From assembly GCF_001194135.2 (NCBI RefSeq), contig NC_068981.1, positions 110,680,923-110,744,922 on the forward strand: a stretch of 64,000 bases of DNA, given 5' to 3'. A program made the position numbers and the translations under genes. This document shows, in pieces, positions 36,605 through 50,049 of this stretch. Position 1 is the stretch's first letter. The number at the start of each line of letters is the position of its first letter. Source of the DNA: Octopus bimaculoides. Taxonomy: Eukaryota. The notes below the pieces were generated by a model. It was not told where the DNA came from, did not search any database, and saw only the letters and a list, made by a program, of their open reading frames with translations.

Positions 36605-36929
36605 TTTCACAGTGCACCAGCCAATTCTCACTCCCACCACCAATACTGGATATCTCTCTCTTCTCCCACCGCCATCACCGGATATCACTCTTCTCTCACC
36701 AGAAACTCACTGATGGACTCCTCTATCATACCTGCAATCCCCTCTCCCAGGAGAAATACAACTAGTTTAACTGCTCACCTACTTAATCGGCTATCTTTCA
36801 TTTTGACTCGAAATTTGTCAACTAACTACTCAGTAATTTCTGTGGACGTATTGAAGTGGAAACAGAAAGCTAATGGGCTGTACATGCCTGCTTGTTCCTG
36901 TGTGCATGCGCATGCGTATGTGTGAGGGC

Positions 36930-37040
<111 letters not shown>

Positions 37041-37299
37041 GGCATGCTTGTTCCTCTCTTCTCTCACTGGGAACCCCCCTCCCTCACTGGTGGTATCCTC
37101 TATCATACCTGCAATTTCCTCTCCCAGAACGAATGCAACTAGTTTTGGTGCCCATCTTCTTAATCTAACATTGTCATATTGATATTTATTTTTATTGATT
37201 TACTTACTTATATCTGCAACACCAGTAATGCTTAAATTTATATTTTTACGATGTTCATAATGCTTATACTCACAACACTGCTAACACCTACTCCTACCC

Positions 37300-40200
37300 C
37301 CAGTAGGGGCAACAATCTTAACACACTTGAATGCTTGAATGATGACGGGTCAAAAGTGAGAACAGGTGTAGCATGTCTATCAAACGAACATGGAAACCTT
37401 CTTCTTTTCAGGCACTGAATAAAATCTCCCCTCCCCATGCCTCCTCCCATATTCCTTTCCCAGTTTTTAGAGTTGGCACTGTCAATGTAGGCACACTGAA
37501 TGGTAGGTCTAGTGAGATTGTAGAGATGCTTAAACAGAGACATGTTGATGTATGCTGCATAGAAGAGGTAAGGTGGAGAAGAGCTTCAGCCAGGGTCCTC
37601 ACAGGCAAGGCACATAGGTATAAAATCTAGGAAGGTAACAGCGATGGAGTAGGGGGTGTAGGCATACTCCTTGCAGAGAAATGGGTGAATAAGGTCATAG
37701 AGGTAGTCAGGGTATGCAGTAGAGTGCTTAAGCTCAGGTTAGTCCTGCAGAATAGTATAGCTACAATTATCTCTGTCTATGCCCCACAAGCAGGCCTACC
37801 AAACAAACAGAAGAACCACTTTTATGATATCCTTCTTCAGGCTGCCTCAAAGACAAGTGCCAATGACCTCATCTTTACGGCTGGAAATTTTAATGGGCAT
37901 GTTGTATGGTAATCTGATATCTTCCATGGTGTTCACGGGGTCCATGGAATTGGTTCCCGAAACGAAGTCGGAACTAGGCTACTGGAGTTCTGTGATGTAT
38001 GCAACCTATTAATCTGCAACACTAACTTCAGGAAGCCAGACAGCCACCTGATAAGCTATCAATCAGGTGACTCTGCTAGCCAGATTGATTTCATCCTCAC
38101 CAGATAGTGAGATGCAAGGTTACTCTTAAATACAAAGACCCTCCCTGGTGAAGAATGTATCCTCCTGCATAGACTAGTTATTAGTGACTTTAGACTCGAG
38201 GCCAGAAGGATGCCAAGAAGCAGACCATTCCAGAAAAGAAAGATTTGGAAGTTAAAGAACCCTTCACATGGTCAGAGATTTAGGGACATCTTCATTGAGA
38301 AATTTGATGAGAGAGAGAGGAGGAGCTACAGACTTCAGACAGAGAGGGTAACTGGAAATTCCTATGGGACAGCTTACTGAGCGCCATAGACCAAATCTAC
38401 GGCTGGTGCAAAGTCCCTTCCAGACCTAGAGTAACGTGGTGGTGGAATAATACAGTAGACAAGGCCATCAGAGCAAAGAAACAGGCCTGGAAATCCTGGA
38501 AGAGTGGGGATAACAGGGAACTGTACCATATAGCCAGAAGGGAGGCTGGGTGACAGGTATACATAGCCAAGGGAGGAGCAGAAAAGAAGTTTGCCTATGT
38601 TCAGCAACGTGAGGACCAAAGAACTGAAGTATTTTGGATTGCAAGACAGTGTGTGAGAGAAAATTGTGATGTCACAGGAGAGAAATATGTCTGCATGGAT
38701 GATGGTGCACTTGCTTTTAATGATTCTGCAAAGAAGGAGGCTTGGAGAAGCCATTATGAAAGGATGTTGAATACGGAGAATGAATAGGAGGAGGAGGGCC
38801 TGCCAAATGTTGACTGAGTAGAAAGACCAGCTACCTGAATAGATAGCACCGTGGTAGATAAAGCAATTAAGTATATGAAGTCAAGAAAAGCCCCCCGCCC
38901 ATCAGGAATCACTGCTGAGATGCTTAAAATATCTGGTGCTGTGGGTTATGGCCTAGTTACCTGTATTGTAAACCAGGTAAATCATGAAGAAGTCATACCC
39001 TATGACTGACATAGCAGCACCATAGTCGACTGCTACAAAGGTAGATAGAAATAACTACAGCATTATTAAACTGCTTGGTGATGAAGGTCACGCAGAGGGT
39101 CATAGTCCAACTAATTAAGGAGAGAGTCTGTTTAGATGAGATGCATTTCAGTTTTGTGCCAGGTAGAAGCACCACTAATGCTATATTTCTGGTATGGCAA
39201 CTGCAGTAGAAATACCTAGCTAAAGATAAACTCCTATACTTGGCTTTCGTTTGACAAGGTTCCCCCTATCCCTTATCTGGTGGGCAATGCGGAAACTGGG
39301 GATTGATGAGTGGTGAATAAGAGCTGTACAGGGTTGCCGTTAGTAAGCTAAGGGTCTGCAATGAGTATAGTTAAGAATTCCAGGCAGAAGTAGGGGTTCA
39401 CCAAGGATCAGACCTCAACCCCGTCTTATTCATCATAGTACTCCAGGCAATAACTGAGGAATTCAAGATAGGTTGCCCCTTGGAGCTCCTCTGTGCTCAT
39501 GACCTTGCTCTCATAGCAGAATCCCTACCAGAAATAGAGAAGAAGTTTCAGGTGTGGAAGCAAGATTTAGAATTGAAGGGCCTTAGAGTCAATGTTGCAA
39601 AGACCAAAGTCCTAGTAAGTAGGAAGGCAAACACATCACAAACACCTTCAGGTAGATGGCACTGCTTGATCTGTAGATAAGGTGTGGTTAGAAACTCCAT
39701 AAGATGTACCCAATGCAAGTTTTGGATGCATAAGAGGTGCAGCAACATCAAAGGAAAGTTATCCGGAAAAATAGCTTTTGTGTCCGGCAGATGCACAGGG
39801 GCAATAAACATTGCAGATGCTCAGAAACTGATTCCATCAAATGCCAGCGGGAGAAACTAGAAGTAGTTGATAACTTCTGCTACCTAGGTGACCAAGTCTG
39901 TTGTGGGGGTAGGTGCTCGGAGAGCATTGTCACTAGAATAAGAATAACCTGGGCAAAGTTCAGAAAGCTCCTACTTTTACTGGTGACAAAAGGTCTCTCA
40001 CTCAGGGTAAAAGATAAATTGTATGATGCATGTGTACAAACTTCCATGCTACACAGTAGTGAAACATGGGCCACGACTGCTGAAGACATGCGTATACTTG
40101 AAAGAAATGAAACAAGTATGATCCACTGGATGTGTAATGTCAGTGTGGACACACGACAAAGTGTAAGCACCCTGAGAGAATTGTTGAGCATAAGAAGCAT

Positions 40201-41020
40201 CAGATGTGGTGTGCGAGAGAGATGACTGCACTGGTCATGTGCTGCATATGGATGAGACGAGCTGTGTGAAGAAGTGTCACACTCTAACAGTGGAAGGAAC
40301 CCGTAGAAGAGGGAGACCCAGGAAGACACGGTATGTGGTGGTGAAGCATGACCATCAAATGTTGGGCCTCACAGGGGCAATGACAAAAGACCGAGACCTC
40401 TGGAGATATGCTGTGATTGAGAAGACCAGGCAAGTAAAGTGATATCACAGCCATAGCCTACACCAGTGTCCCATAACCAGCCCATTTTAAAAGTACCTTT
40501 GAATAGTTGGGCAATATGCCATGCTTGAGGGGACCTATTGAGAGTCAAGTAAAATCAAAATCAAAATCAAATCAAATGGAAATTGTAGTTGTGGCTGATG
40601 CCAGTTCCACCTGATTGGCTCCCGTGCTGGTGGCACACAATAAGCACCATTCATGTGTGGGTTGTTGCCAGTGCCGACCAACTGGCTACCCGTGCCAGTG
40701 GCACGTAAAAAGCAACATCTGAACTAGGTCGATGCCAGCTCCCCCCTCTCCCACCCACCACAACTGTCTCCTGTGCTGGTAGCACATAAAAAGCACCATC
40801 TGAACACCTCGCCAATGCCAGTGCCACCTGAGTGGCTCCTGTGCCAGTGGCATGTAAAAAGCACCCACTACACTCTTGGAATGGTTAGCATTAGGAAGGG
40901 CATCCAACTGTAGAAACATTGCTGGATCAGATTGGAGCCTGGTGAGGCCTCCTGGCTTGCCAGTCCCCAATCAATCCACCCAACCCATGCCAGCATGGAA
41001 AACGGACGTTAAATGATGAA
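37300..41020 (+). mobile_element. RTE-clade LINE copy C, near full length, multiply disrupted
   Basis: APE start RVGTVNVGTLNGRSSEIVEML..DVCCIEEVRWR, ISVYAPQAG, RT remnants (ELLCAHDLALI, FCYLGDQ, KLYDACVQTSMLHSSETW), and 3' end gcatggaaaacggacgttaaatgatga. Confidence 0.93.
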
Positions 41021-41071
41021 AGATATGTGTGTGTGCGTGTGTCTAAATGTTTTTTAATTTGTGTGTGTGTT

Positions 41072-41123
<52 letters not shown>

Positions 41124-41367
41124 TACATATAAATCTGCATTCTTATGCTTACATTTGTTCATTATAAAGTGTATTATATATGTATTGGTACACGTTTCTA
41201 TATATGATATCGCCTATGTCTGTATGTGTGTGTGTGTGTGTGTCTTTGTACTGATCTATGAATATCTGTATATGCATGTATATATGTGCATCTACATATA
41301 TGTATATATCCTTTTTTTAACTCTATATATCTATATGTGTATTTCTGTGTACAAGTATATGTTTGCA

Positions 41368-41470
<103 letters not shown>

Positions 41471-41839
41471 TATACTAAAAGTCAGTTTGTCTATTTTCCT
41501 GCCATTTGGTTAAGATGATAAAAATTACAAATAAAATAGTCATTTTCCCCCTCGAAGAAAAAAAATCAAGTTGAAAATGTCAACACTTCAAAGAGTCCTC
41601 ACAGCTACCACTGTCCATCCTTTTTTCTTACTTTCTTTTTTCTTACTTTCTTTTTTCTTTCCTTACTCATTGGACTTGAAAGAGAAATTCTTATATTTTT
41701 ATGAGATATTTTTTGAATCACAGATACTTGATTTTTTTGTTGTTTTGTTAATGGGGAAATTAATGTTTTATTTAAAATAAAATATTGATCTTTATCATCT
41801 TAATCAAAAGGCAAAAAAAACAAAACAGACAAACTATCA

Positions 41840-42335
41840 TTTTATAGACAAAGATCAGTTGCAATGGGAGGAGTTCAATCTCATAAGAATGGAAAAAGAA
41901 ACAACAAATGGGTTGTACCTTATAATGAAACTATTCAAATGCCACTGCAATGTTGAAACCATTGCCTCAGTGAGGTCAATTAAGTACCTCATCAAGTACA
42001 CGCTGAAAGGAAATGACCAATCTACTGTTCAAATAAACAATGATAACGAAATTAGTCAATATCTAACGGGTAGATATTGGGTAATTGGACCATCTGAAGC
42101 AATTGTATCCATATTAGGATTTTCAATTCATGAAATAGTACCTGCAATAGTGAGACTGCAAGTTCAAACAGATGAACAAAGAATATTGCTCAGAAATAAC
42201 GAAGCTATATGAAAGACATATGAGAACAGCATTGACAGAATTCTTTTCATTCTACATCAATGATGACTTTGCAAAAGCATAACTTTATGCTGAAGTAATC
42301 ATGTATTTCACTTGGAACAGTAGTAACAAAGAAAG
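41840..42335 (+). mobile_element. Helitron Rep-domain remnant, part 1
   Basis: ORF 41859-42212 HCNVETIASVRSIKYLIKYTLKGNDQS..NEISQYLTGRY..PSEAIVSILGFSIHE..PAIVRLQV, then DDFAK..LYAEV..YFTWN. These are Helitron Rep motifs. Confidence 0.85.
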
Positions 42336-43639
42336 GGATCTGTTCAGTTTGGCTCATAGATTTTTTAATTATTTTTTTTTAACTAAAGAGTTTGAAACTT
42401 CGTATACTGGTGTAATTTCTCATGCAGAACATGGTTTACTTTGAACATTTTTGGCAAAATTTCGTATGTTTGAAGTTATTTTGTATTAAAGTTGTCATAT
42501 CTCGGTAATTTTAACCAATCAATGACGTGTATTCAGTTGAAGAAAGCTACTGCTGTTTGCGATAGTAATTGAAGTGGAACAACTTCCGGGTCATCTCTAC
42601 TAAATGTCACCACTCTGTTTTATTTTATTTTTTGTTTACTGCCTGTGTTGCATATTACATGCTTTTTTTTGTTGGTTCTCACGTCAGAGTAACCAGTAAA
42701 CATTGAAGTATCAACATCAAGAAGGAAAAAATATTATTTACAATATTTATTCGTTTACTTGACATTGGTATTTAAGCCGCAGGGCTGAATTTGGGGAAAA
42801 TTTTGATTTTTTTCCACACATGAAGTATAGAGCTATGGGCCCACAGCTAGCTTTTTTGTTGTTGATATGTATGTAGTTTCAAAATGCTTTATTTTACAAC
42901 TATGAGATGTATTGTTATAGTTATTTTATCTTACTATATTCAACAACAAAATACATTTCGTCAATATAAAAGTCTTTATTAGATTAAAAATAACATTATC
43001 AAAACATGAAGAATATTCTTTGTTTATTTCCAGGCACCAATGTACTGTAGCTGTAATCTTTTGCATTGTTCACCAAATGACCATTCCTCTGAAAAAATCA
43101 GTGGAATCAGTCGATCACTATACACAAATCATTTTCCTCCTGAAACTTATAAAAAAGTATACATATTAGGTGCACAACTAAATTTTCCAGGTAAAATAGT
43201 GGCTTATACCCCAGAAAGTATAGTAATTGTAGTGGCAGTGACAAGTTCGCTCACTGGTTGGTAGTTGATAGTGTAGAAGTGTCTGTCTGCAAGTAGAGAT
43301 GGAAAGAGTAAGGAATGCATGAGAACAGAGTGGTGACATTTAGTAGAGATGACCCCGAAGTTGTTCTTCGATTACTATAGATTACTATCAATTACTATTA
43401 CTCGATTACTATTGCAAACACCAGTAGCTTTCTTCAACTGAATACACATCGTTGATTGGTTAAAATTACCCAAATACGATAACTTTAACACAAAATAACT
43501 TCTAAAATATGAAATTTTGCTAAAAATGTTCAAAGTAAACTGTGTTCTGTGTGAGAAATTACACCAGTATACAAAGTTTTGAACTGTTTAGTTAGAAAAA
43601 AATTTATTAAAAAGTCTGTGAGCCAAACTGAACAGATCC
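42336..43639. mobile_element. Long-TIR non-autonomous DNA transposon, GGATCT termini, 8-bp TSD, inserted in the Helitron
   Basis: Arms 42336-42619 and 43324-43639 are diverged reverse complements starting ggatctgttcagtttggctca. Flanks aaagaaag (42328-42335) and gaagaaag (43640-43647) match 7 of 8. Confidence 0.85.
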
Positions 43640-43790
43640 GAAGAAAGCAAAAAAAAAAAAAAAAAAAAAAGGAAGTTGAAGGCCATTTGAATGTTTTTAC
43701 AGAAGAACTACTGGGTTGTGTTTATGTTGTCACACCAAAGACAGGAGAACTGTATTATTTAAGAATTTTATTGCATGAAGTTTGAAATAG
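43640..43790 (+). mobile_element. Helitron Rep-domain remnant, part 2
   Basis: EVEGHLNVFTEELLGCVYVVTPKTGELYYLRILLHEV continues the Helitron (GR.Y.VHP...E.YYLR.LL..V) right after the insertion. Confidence 0.8.
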
Positions 43791-43914
43791 TAATTTTTCC
43801 TTCGCCACCACACATTGTCATTTTCAATGTGGAATGGTTGTGACCCAACATGTCACGGTGGGTACATCTAGTTTATGTATATTTATGTCTTGAAGTATGT
43901 ATGTATATTTGGCT

Positions 43915-44290
43915 ATCATCATCATGTTCAACGTTCTTCTTCCATGCTGGCATGGGTTGGACGGTTTGACATGAGCTGGCTAGGCAGAAGACAGCACCAT
44001 ACTTCTTTGTCTGTTTTGGTATAGTTTTTACAGCTGGATGCCTTTCCCAACACCAACCACCCCGCTGAGTGGCCTGAGTGGATTTTATGTGGCACTCTCA
44101 CAAGCAAGGTCAGTTTCGGCATTGTTTTTATAGTTGGATGTCTATACAAATGCCAACCACCTTACAGTGTAGACTGGGTGTTTTTTAAGTGGCACCTGTA
44201 CTGGCAAGGTCACCAAGTAACTTTGTAAGATAGGGGAGGGGGCATTGAAAGAGGTGATCTTATGTCAGATGATGAAAGGTTAGTGTGTGA
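43915..44290 (-). mobile_element. RTE-family 3' end fragment
   Basis: (ATC)n followed by ttccatgctggcatgggttggacgg..cagctggatgcc, the same 3' end as the other RTE copies. Confidence 0.75.
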
Positions 44291-44810
44291 CAGAGAGACA
44301 AACAACTCTGCTAGAGAGTTGAAAACCTCAGAATTTAGCTTAGTTTTAGAATACTAATACCATGTGTATGAAATTTTTTGGTTGGACTTGTATTTAGTTC
44401 AGATGGAATCCAAAATGCAGTTAATTGTACCCTGAAGAAGCAGCAAATAACAATAAAATGCACACCAAGAAGCAAAATTTTGCACTGTGCACAAAATGCA
44501 GCAGAAACATATGTAGGTGCAGAAATGGAAAGACGTGATTCACAGCAGAATAAAACTGGATATATAAATCTCTATTCTCCTTCTTAATTTATTATTTCCT
44601 CTCTACCGACAACATCCAGTCACTCTAGAGACATGGATTTACCAATGTGAAGATCTGCTGTGGATAGTAAAATAAACTAACTGAAGTTATTTCCCTTTCT
44701 CGGTGCTGGACAACCACCTGGCTAAAGACAGCAGTCAGCTGACCCTTTTCACAGTCTATACTTTTCAAAGTGACTCTCAGTTGCTGATATTGTAAGAAGA
44801 AAAACTAGTT

Positions 44811-45037
44811 TTAAATCTCTGATGGAGATTTATGTAGTAACAGTACTGGATAGTAAAGTTTATTTGCCAACAGTATGTCTCGGACACTAATTATATGTCG
44901 ATTAACGAACTGGAAAAGATGGTTTCGTGGAATTAAAAAGTAGTAACATACTCCTAGTGAGGACTACCACATTATGTGGGCAAATAAACTTTACTATCCA
45001 GTACTGTTACTATATAGATCTCAATCAGAGATTTTAA
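44811..45037. repeat. About 58-bp inverted repeat (arms 44811-44868 and 44979-45037)
   Basis: ttaaatctctgatggagatttatgtagtaacagtactggatagtaaagtttatttgcc pairs with ggcaaataaactttactatccagtactgttactatatagatctcaatcagagattttaa. Confidence 0.85.
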
Positions 45038-45159
45038 GCTTGTTGTTTTTCTCCTTATATATGTGTGTGTGTGTGTATTATAATTTAGAACAAACAGTAA
45101 AAGGTTGTCATTATAGTACTTGGAGTTTCAAATGTTAGAATACAACACAACAATACGAA

Positions 45160-45570
45160 GCCTGCTGTTCCTGCAGGGATCAAGACTTGTGCCCACTAAA
45201 TGGAGCCTGTATGACCGAAGCCATTATTTATGAAGCCACTGTAAATTCCACAAACGCTGATAATGCAGTTTCATCCAAGAATTATGTGGGTGTCAGAGAG
45301 AGAAATTTCAAAGCAAGATTCAACAATCACACCTTAAGCTTCAGACATTGGAATAAATGAAAGATTTACTGGAAGATCTTAGCCAAGTGGAAACCTTATA
45401 TCAACAGTAGTGTCAAGTGGAAACCTTATACCAACAGTAGTGTCAAGTGTGGTCTTTGTAATATGGAAAGATGACTCATCAGGAAAAGTTCCTTACACCC
45501 CACTACATGCTTAAATTCAAGAACTGAACTTTTTGAATCATGTCCACATGTCATAAAATACCTGTTATGG
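45160..45570 (+). mobile_element. Penelope-like GIY-YIG endonuclease remnant (second PLE lineage)
   Basis: CSCRDQDLCPLNGACMTEAIIYEATV..KNYVGVRERNFKARFNNHTLSFRH..WKILAK..CGLCNME..LNSRTELFESCPH. Contains a 30-bp tandem duplication at 45384-45443. Confidence 0.8.
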
Positions 45571-45689
45571 TATCCACATTTCTACTATGTTCCTGCACAA
45601 GCTTTCCCATGTGTTTTAATTTCCATTAATTTTTTTATTTTTTATCTTTTATTCTTTATATTTTTTCATGTTTTCCTTTTTCCTTTTTG

Positions 45690-46190
45690 TGTGAGTGTGT
45701 ATGTATATATATATATTATATATGCGTGTGTGTATGCGTACGTATATAAGTGTAAGACTGTGTCCGGGGCATATGTGTGTCGTTCATGCACATGCCCCCT
45801 TCATTTATACAAATATACGTATGTTTGTATATGTGCGGGTGTGGGTTTGTGATGGGAGGGTGTGTGTGTGTATATAAATATATATATATGTATACATATA
45901 TATATGTGTGTATGCAGGAATGCGAATGTATGTTTGTATATAAATATATATATGTATTATGTTACGTGTATGCCTCTAAGCACCTATGCGTATATGAAGA
46001 TGTGGTTGCGTACATATATACATATACATGTCAGCGTGTGTGGATATGCGTGTATGTATGAGTATGTACATACATATATGTTTGTGTGTGGATGCATGTA
46101 TATATAGATGTTTGTGTGAGTGTGTACGTATGTAGACATTGTGAACGCAGGGGGTTTATGTCTATATATTGTGAGAGTATGGTTGTGTGT
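45690..46190. repeat. Cryptic TG/TA low-complexity tract
   Basis: Direct reading of the sequence. Confidence 0.85.
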
Positions 46191-46450
46191 ATTTTTAATC
46201 TTTTTTCTTTTTCCACCTATTAGAGTTACTTCCCTTTTATTTAATGGGTATTTTTTGTCATTGTGTCTGTTGCCATGAATAGCTGACGAGAATGTATTGT
46301 AGCTCTTCAGTCCAACATAAATTATCCTCTATTTTTCTAATATTGAAGTCTCATTCTTTTGTTGTTATGTTATATATGTACACATATATATGTACATATA
46401 TATATGTACACATATATATGTACATATATATATGTATACATACATATATA

Positions 46451-49400
46451 TCATCATCATTGTCATCGTTGTTTAATGTCCACTTTCCTTGCTGGCATGA
46501 TGTTGGACGTTTTGACTGAGGACGGTTTGACTGATCTAGCAATGTTTCTACAGCAGGATGCCCTTACTAATGCCAACCATTATGAGAGTGTAGTGGTGCT
46601 TTTTACGTGCCACTGGTATGAGAGTCAGTCGGGCAGTGCTGGCACCGACCACGCTTGAATGGTGCTTTTTATGTGCCACTGGCATGGGTGTCAAACAGGC
46701 GGTACTGTCATCGGCCACGACAACAACTTCACTTGTCTCAACTGGTCTTTGCAAGCGCAGTTTATTGCCCAATGATTGAAGAGTACTCTTAAATGGGCTG
46801 GTTATGCTGCACTAGCATAGGCCATGGTTACGGTCTCACTTGGCTTCCTTGTTCTTGAGAAGACCCACAGCATATCTCCAAAGGTCTCAGTCATTTGTCA
46901 TTGCCTTGGTGAGGCCCAATGTTCGAAGGCTGTGCTTCACCCCTTCATCCCAGGTCTTCCTAGGTCTACCTCTTCCACAATTTCCACAAGTTCCCTCTAT
47001 TGCTAGGGTGTGACCCTTTGTCACACAGCTGTTCACATCCAATCGTCTCTTTTGCACACCACATCTGATGCTTCTTATGTCCAACTTTTCTCTCAGGGCA
47101 CTTATACTCTGTTGTGTATGCACACTGACATTACACATCCAGTGGAGTCTACTAGCTTCATTCTTTGCAAGCTTTCGCATGTCCTCAGCAGTATTGGCCC
47201 AATGTTTCACTGCCATGTAGCATGGCTATTCACATACATGCGTCATACAGTCTACCTTTTTTCTGTGAGTGAAAGGTCCTTTGTCACCAGCAGAGGTAGG
47301 AGCTCTCTGAATTTTGCCCAGGTTATTCTTATTCTAGCAGCTACACTCTCAGAGCATTCACTATTGCTACTGACTTGATCACCTAGCTAATGGAAGCTAT
47401 CAACCAATTGTAGTTTTTCCCCCTGGAATGTGATGGACGCTGTTTTCTGCACATTTTCAGTGTTGATTGCCCCTGAGCATTTGCCGAACAGAAAAACTAT
47501 CTTCCCAGTTAGCCTTGATATTGCTGCACCTCATATGTATCCATAGTTTACACTGGGTACATCTTATGGAGTTTCTACCTACACCTTTTCTACAGATTGA
47601 GCAGGGCCATCTACCTGAAGGTTTTTGTGATTTGTCTGCCTTCCTACTTAAGGTTTTTGTTAGATTGACTCTAAGGCCCTTCGATTCTCGGCCTTGCTTC
47701 CACACCAGAAACTTCTCTAGTTCTGATAGTGACTCAGCTATTAGAGCAAGGTTATCAGCATAGGGAAGCTCCCAGGTGCAACCTATCTTGAATTCCTGTT
47801 ATTGCCTGGAGGACTATGATGAATAAGCAGGGGCTGAAGACTGATCCTTGGTGGACCTCTACCCCTACCCAGAATTCTTCACTGTACTCGTTGCCAACCC
47901 TTACCTTACTGACTGCATCCCTGTACATGGCTTGTACAGCTCTCACTAACCAATCATCTATCCCTAGTTTCCATATTGATCGCCAGATAAGGGATCAGGG
48001 GACCCTGTTAAAAGCTTTTTCCATGTCAACGAAAGCCTGGTACAGAGTTTTATCTTTGGCTAGGTATTTCTCCTGCAACTGTCTTACCAGAAATATAGCA
48101 TCAGTGGTGCTTTTCAATTGCACAAATCCAACATTCATCTCATCTAAACTGACTCTCTCCTTAATTAGTGACTTTCATTACCTGATCCAACAACTTGATA
48201 CCTCTGTCATTATTTGTATCTAAAGCGTCACCTTTACCTTTGTAGAAGTTGACTATGGTGCTGCTACACCAGTCATTGGGTATGACTCATTCATGTATCA
48301 CCTGATAGACTATATGGGTGACTACATTATAGCCGACACTGCTAGATATTTTAAGCATCTCTGTGGTAATTCCCGATGGGCCGGGGGCTTTCTCTGTTTT
48401 GAAATCCTTAATTGCTTTATCTCCCAAGGTACTGTCAATTTGGATAGCTGTTCTTTGTTGGGTCAACATTCAGCAGACTCTCTTTCTCCCATTCATTCTC
48501 TTCATTTACCAACCTTTCATAGTGGCATCTCCAAGTCTCTGTCTTTACAGCCTCATTAAATGCATGTGAGCCATCATCCATGCAAACACATTTCTCTCCT
48601 ATGACATCATGATTCTCTTTCACACTCTGTCTTGCAACATGAAACACTTCAAGTCTTTGGTCCTCACAATGCGGAACATTGCAAACTTTTTTTTATCTGC
48701 TTCCCCTTGGCTAAGTAAACCAGTAGTTATTTGTATCTATGCCCTTCTGACAATTTGATACAATTCACTGCTACCACCGTTCTTCCAGTCCTTCCATGTC
48801 TGTTTCTTTTCCACCACCACATTACCTTGGGTCGAGAGGGGACTTTGCACCATCCACAGATCTGGTCAGAAACCCTCAGCAGGTTGTCCCGTAGAAACCT
48901 CCAGTTGTCTTCCACATCATGTGATGCTATATGTGCCTCTATTTGTCAAAAGCTATGAGTAATACATCTCTAAATCTCTATCTATTTGCATAGTCCTTAA
49001 GCTTCCAGACCCTTTTCCTCCATGCTGGTCTTCTGGGCATCCATGTAGCCCTGATTCTGAAGTTGCTAACTACTAATCTATGTTGTGGGGTGCATTATTC
49101 ACCTGGGAAGGTTTTGGCATTTATAAATGCCCATCTTTCCCATTTCTTGGTGAGATGTAATCAGTTTGACTTGTGTGTCCACCAGACCAGTAGGTGAATA
49201 GGTGACTGGCAGGTTTCCTGAAGTTAGTATTGCAAATCATGAGATCATTTCCATCGCAGAACTCCAGCAGCCTGGTTCCCTTCTCATTACGAGAACCAAG
49301 ACTCTATCCTCCATGTATGCAATGGAAGCCTCCTGCATGTTGTCCAACATGCCCATTGAAGTCACCAGCCACAAAGAGAAGGTCCCTGTCATTTGCCGAC

Positions 49401-49900
49401 AAGGTAGTCTGCAAGAAGGTGTCATAAAATCTGTCTTTCTGTTCATCAGTTATCTCTGGCTGAAGGGCATAGGCCGAAACAATGGTTGCTAACCCATGTT
49501 GTAGCACTAATCTAATCTTAAGTATTCTATCACAGACTCTGACTACCTCTATTACCTTATCAACCCATTTCTCCGCAAGAAGTATACCCATGCCCCCAAC
49601 CCTGTCAGGGTTCTCTGCCCAGAAAATTTTATACCGATGTTGTTTGCCTGTGAGGAACCTAGCAGAACTTCCTCTTCACCTTACTTCTTGGATGCAGCAC
49701 AGATCTACACATATCTATTCAATCATCTCAACCATCTCACCAGACCTACCTTTCAGTGTGCCAACATTAAGTGTGCCAACATTAAGTGTGCCAACTCTGA
49801 GGGTCTGGAAGGTGTGGGCCTGTGAGACCTTGGGATGGGGAACAGCAGTGTCATGTGAGTTCAGCTATAATGATTGTTTTAGTGCTCCTGGATAGCAGGA
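46451..49900 (-). mobile_element. RTE-clade LINE copy E, near full length, decayed
   Basis: 3' (ATC)n end at about 46451. ORFs include KAPGPSGITTEMLK, VHQGSVFSPCLFII, GILLAEKWVDKVIEVVRVCDRILKIRL..SAYA..FVAGDFNGHVG, and APE start LAHL..GTLKGRSGEMVEMIE. Confidence 0.93.
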
Positions 49901-50049
49901 CAGGAACATCTCTGATTTGAGCTTTGTTACTGTCATCTCTTCTAGAAAGATGAGCCTATCCTTCAGATCAATTTGAACTTTTGAGTCAGAGGTTTAATGC
50001 AAAATAGAAAATGGATCCCCCACAGTTGCTTTTGCCTTAGGATCCTTAT

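Noticed and set aside
44395-44560. Possible piggyBac C-terminal Cys-rich domain (ALCTKCSRNICRC) or host exon
   Set aside because: The segment is short with an in-frame stop, has no convincing donor, and no TTAA-flanked TIR or catalytic domain is nearby.
45470-45495. Minus-strand CUGAUGA near the PLE endonuclease as another hammerhead
   Set aside because: No helix II or GAAA follows, and it lies within the coding remnant.
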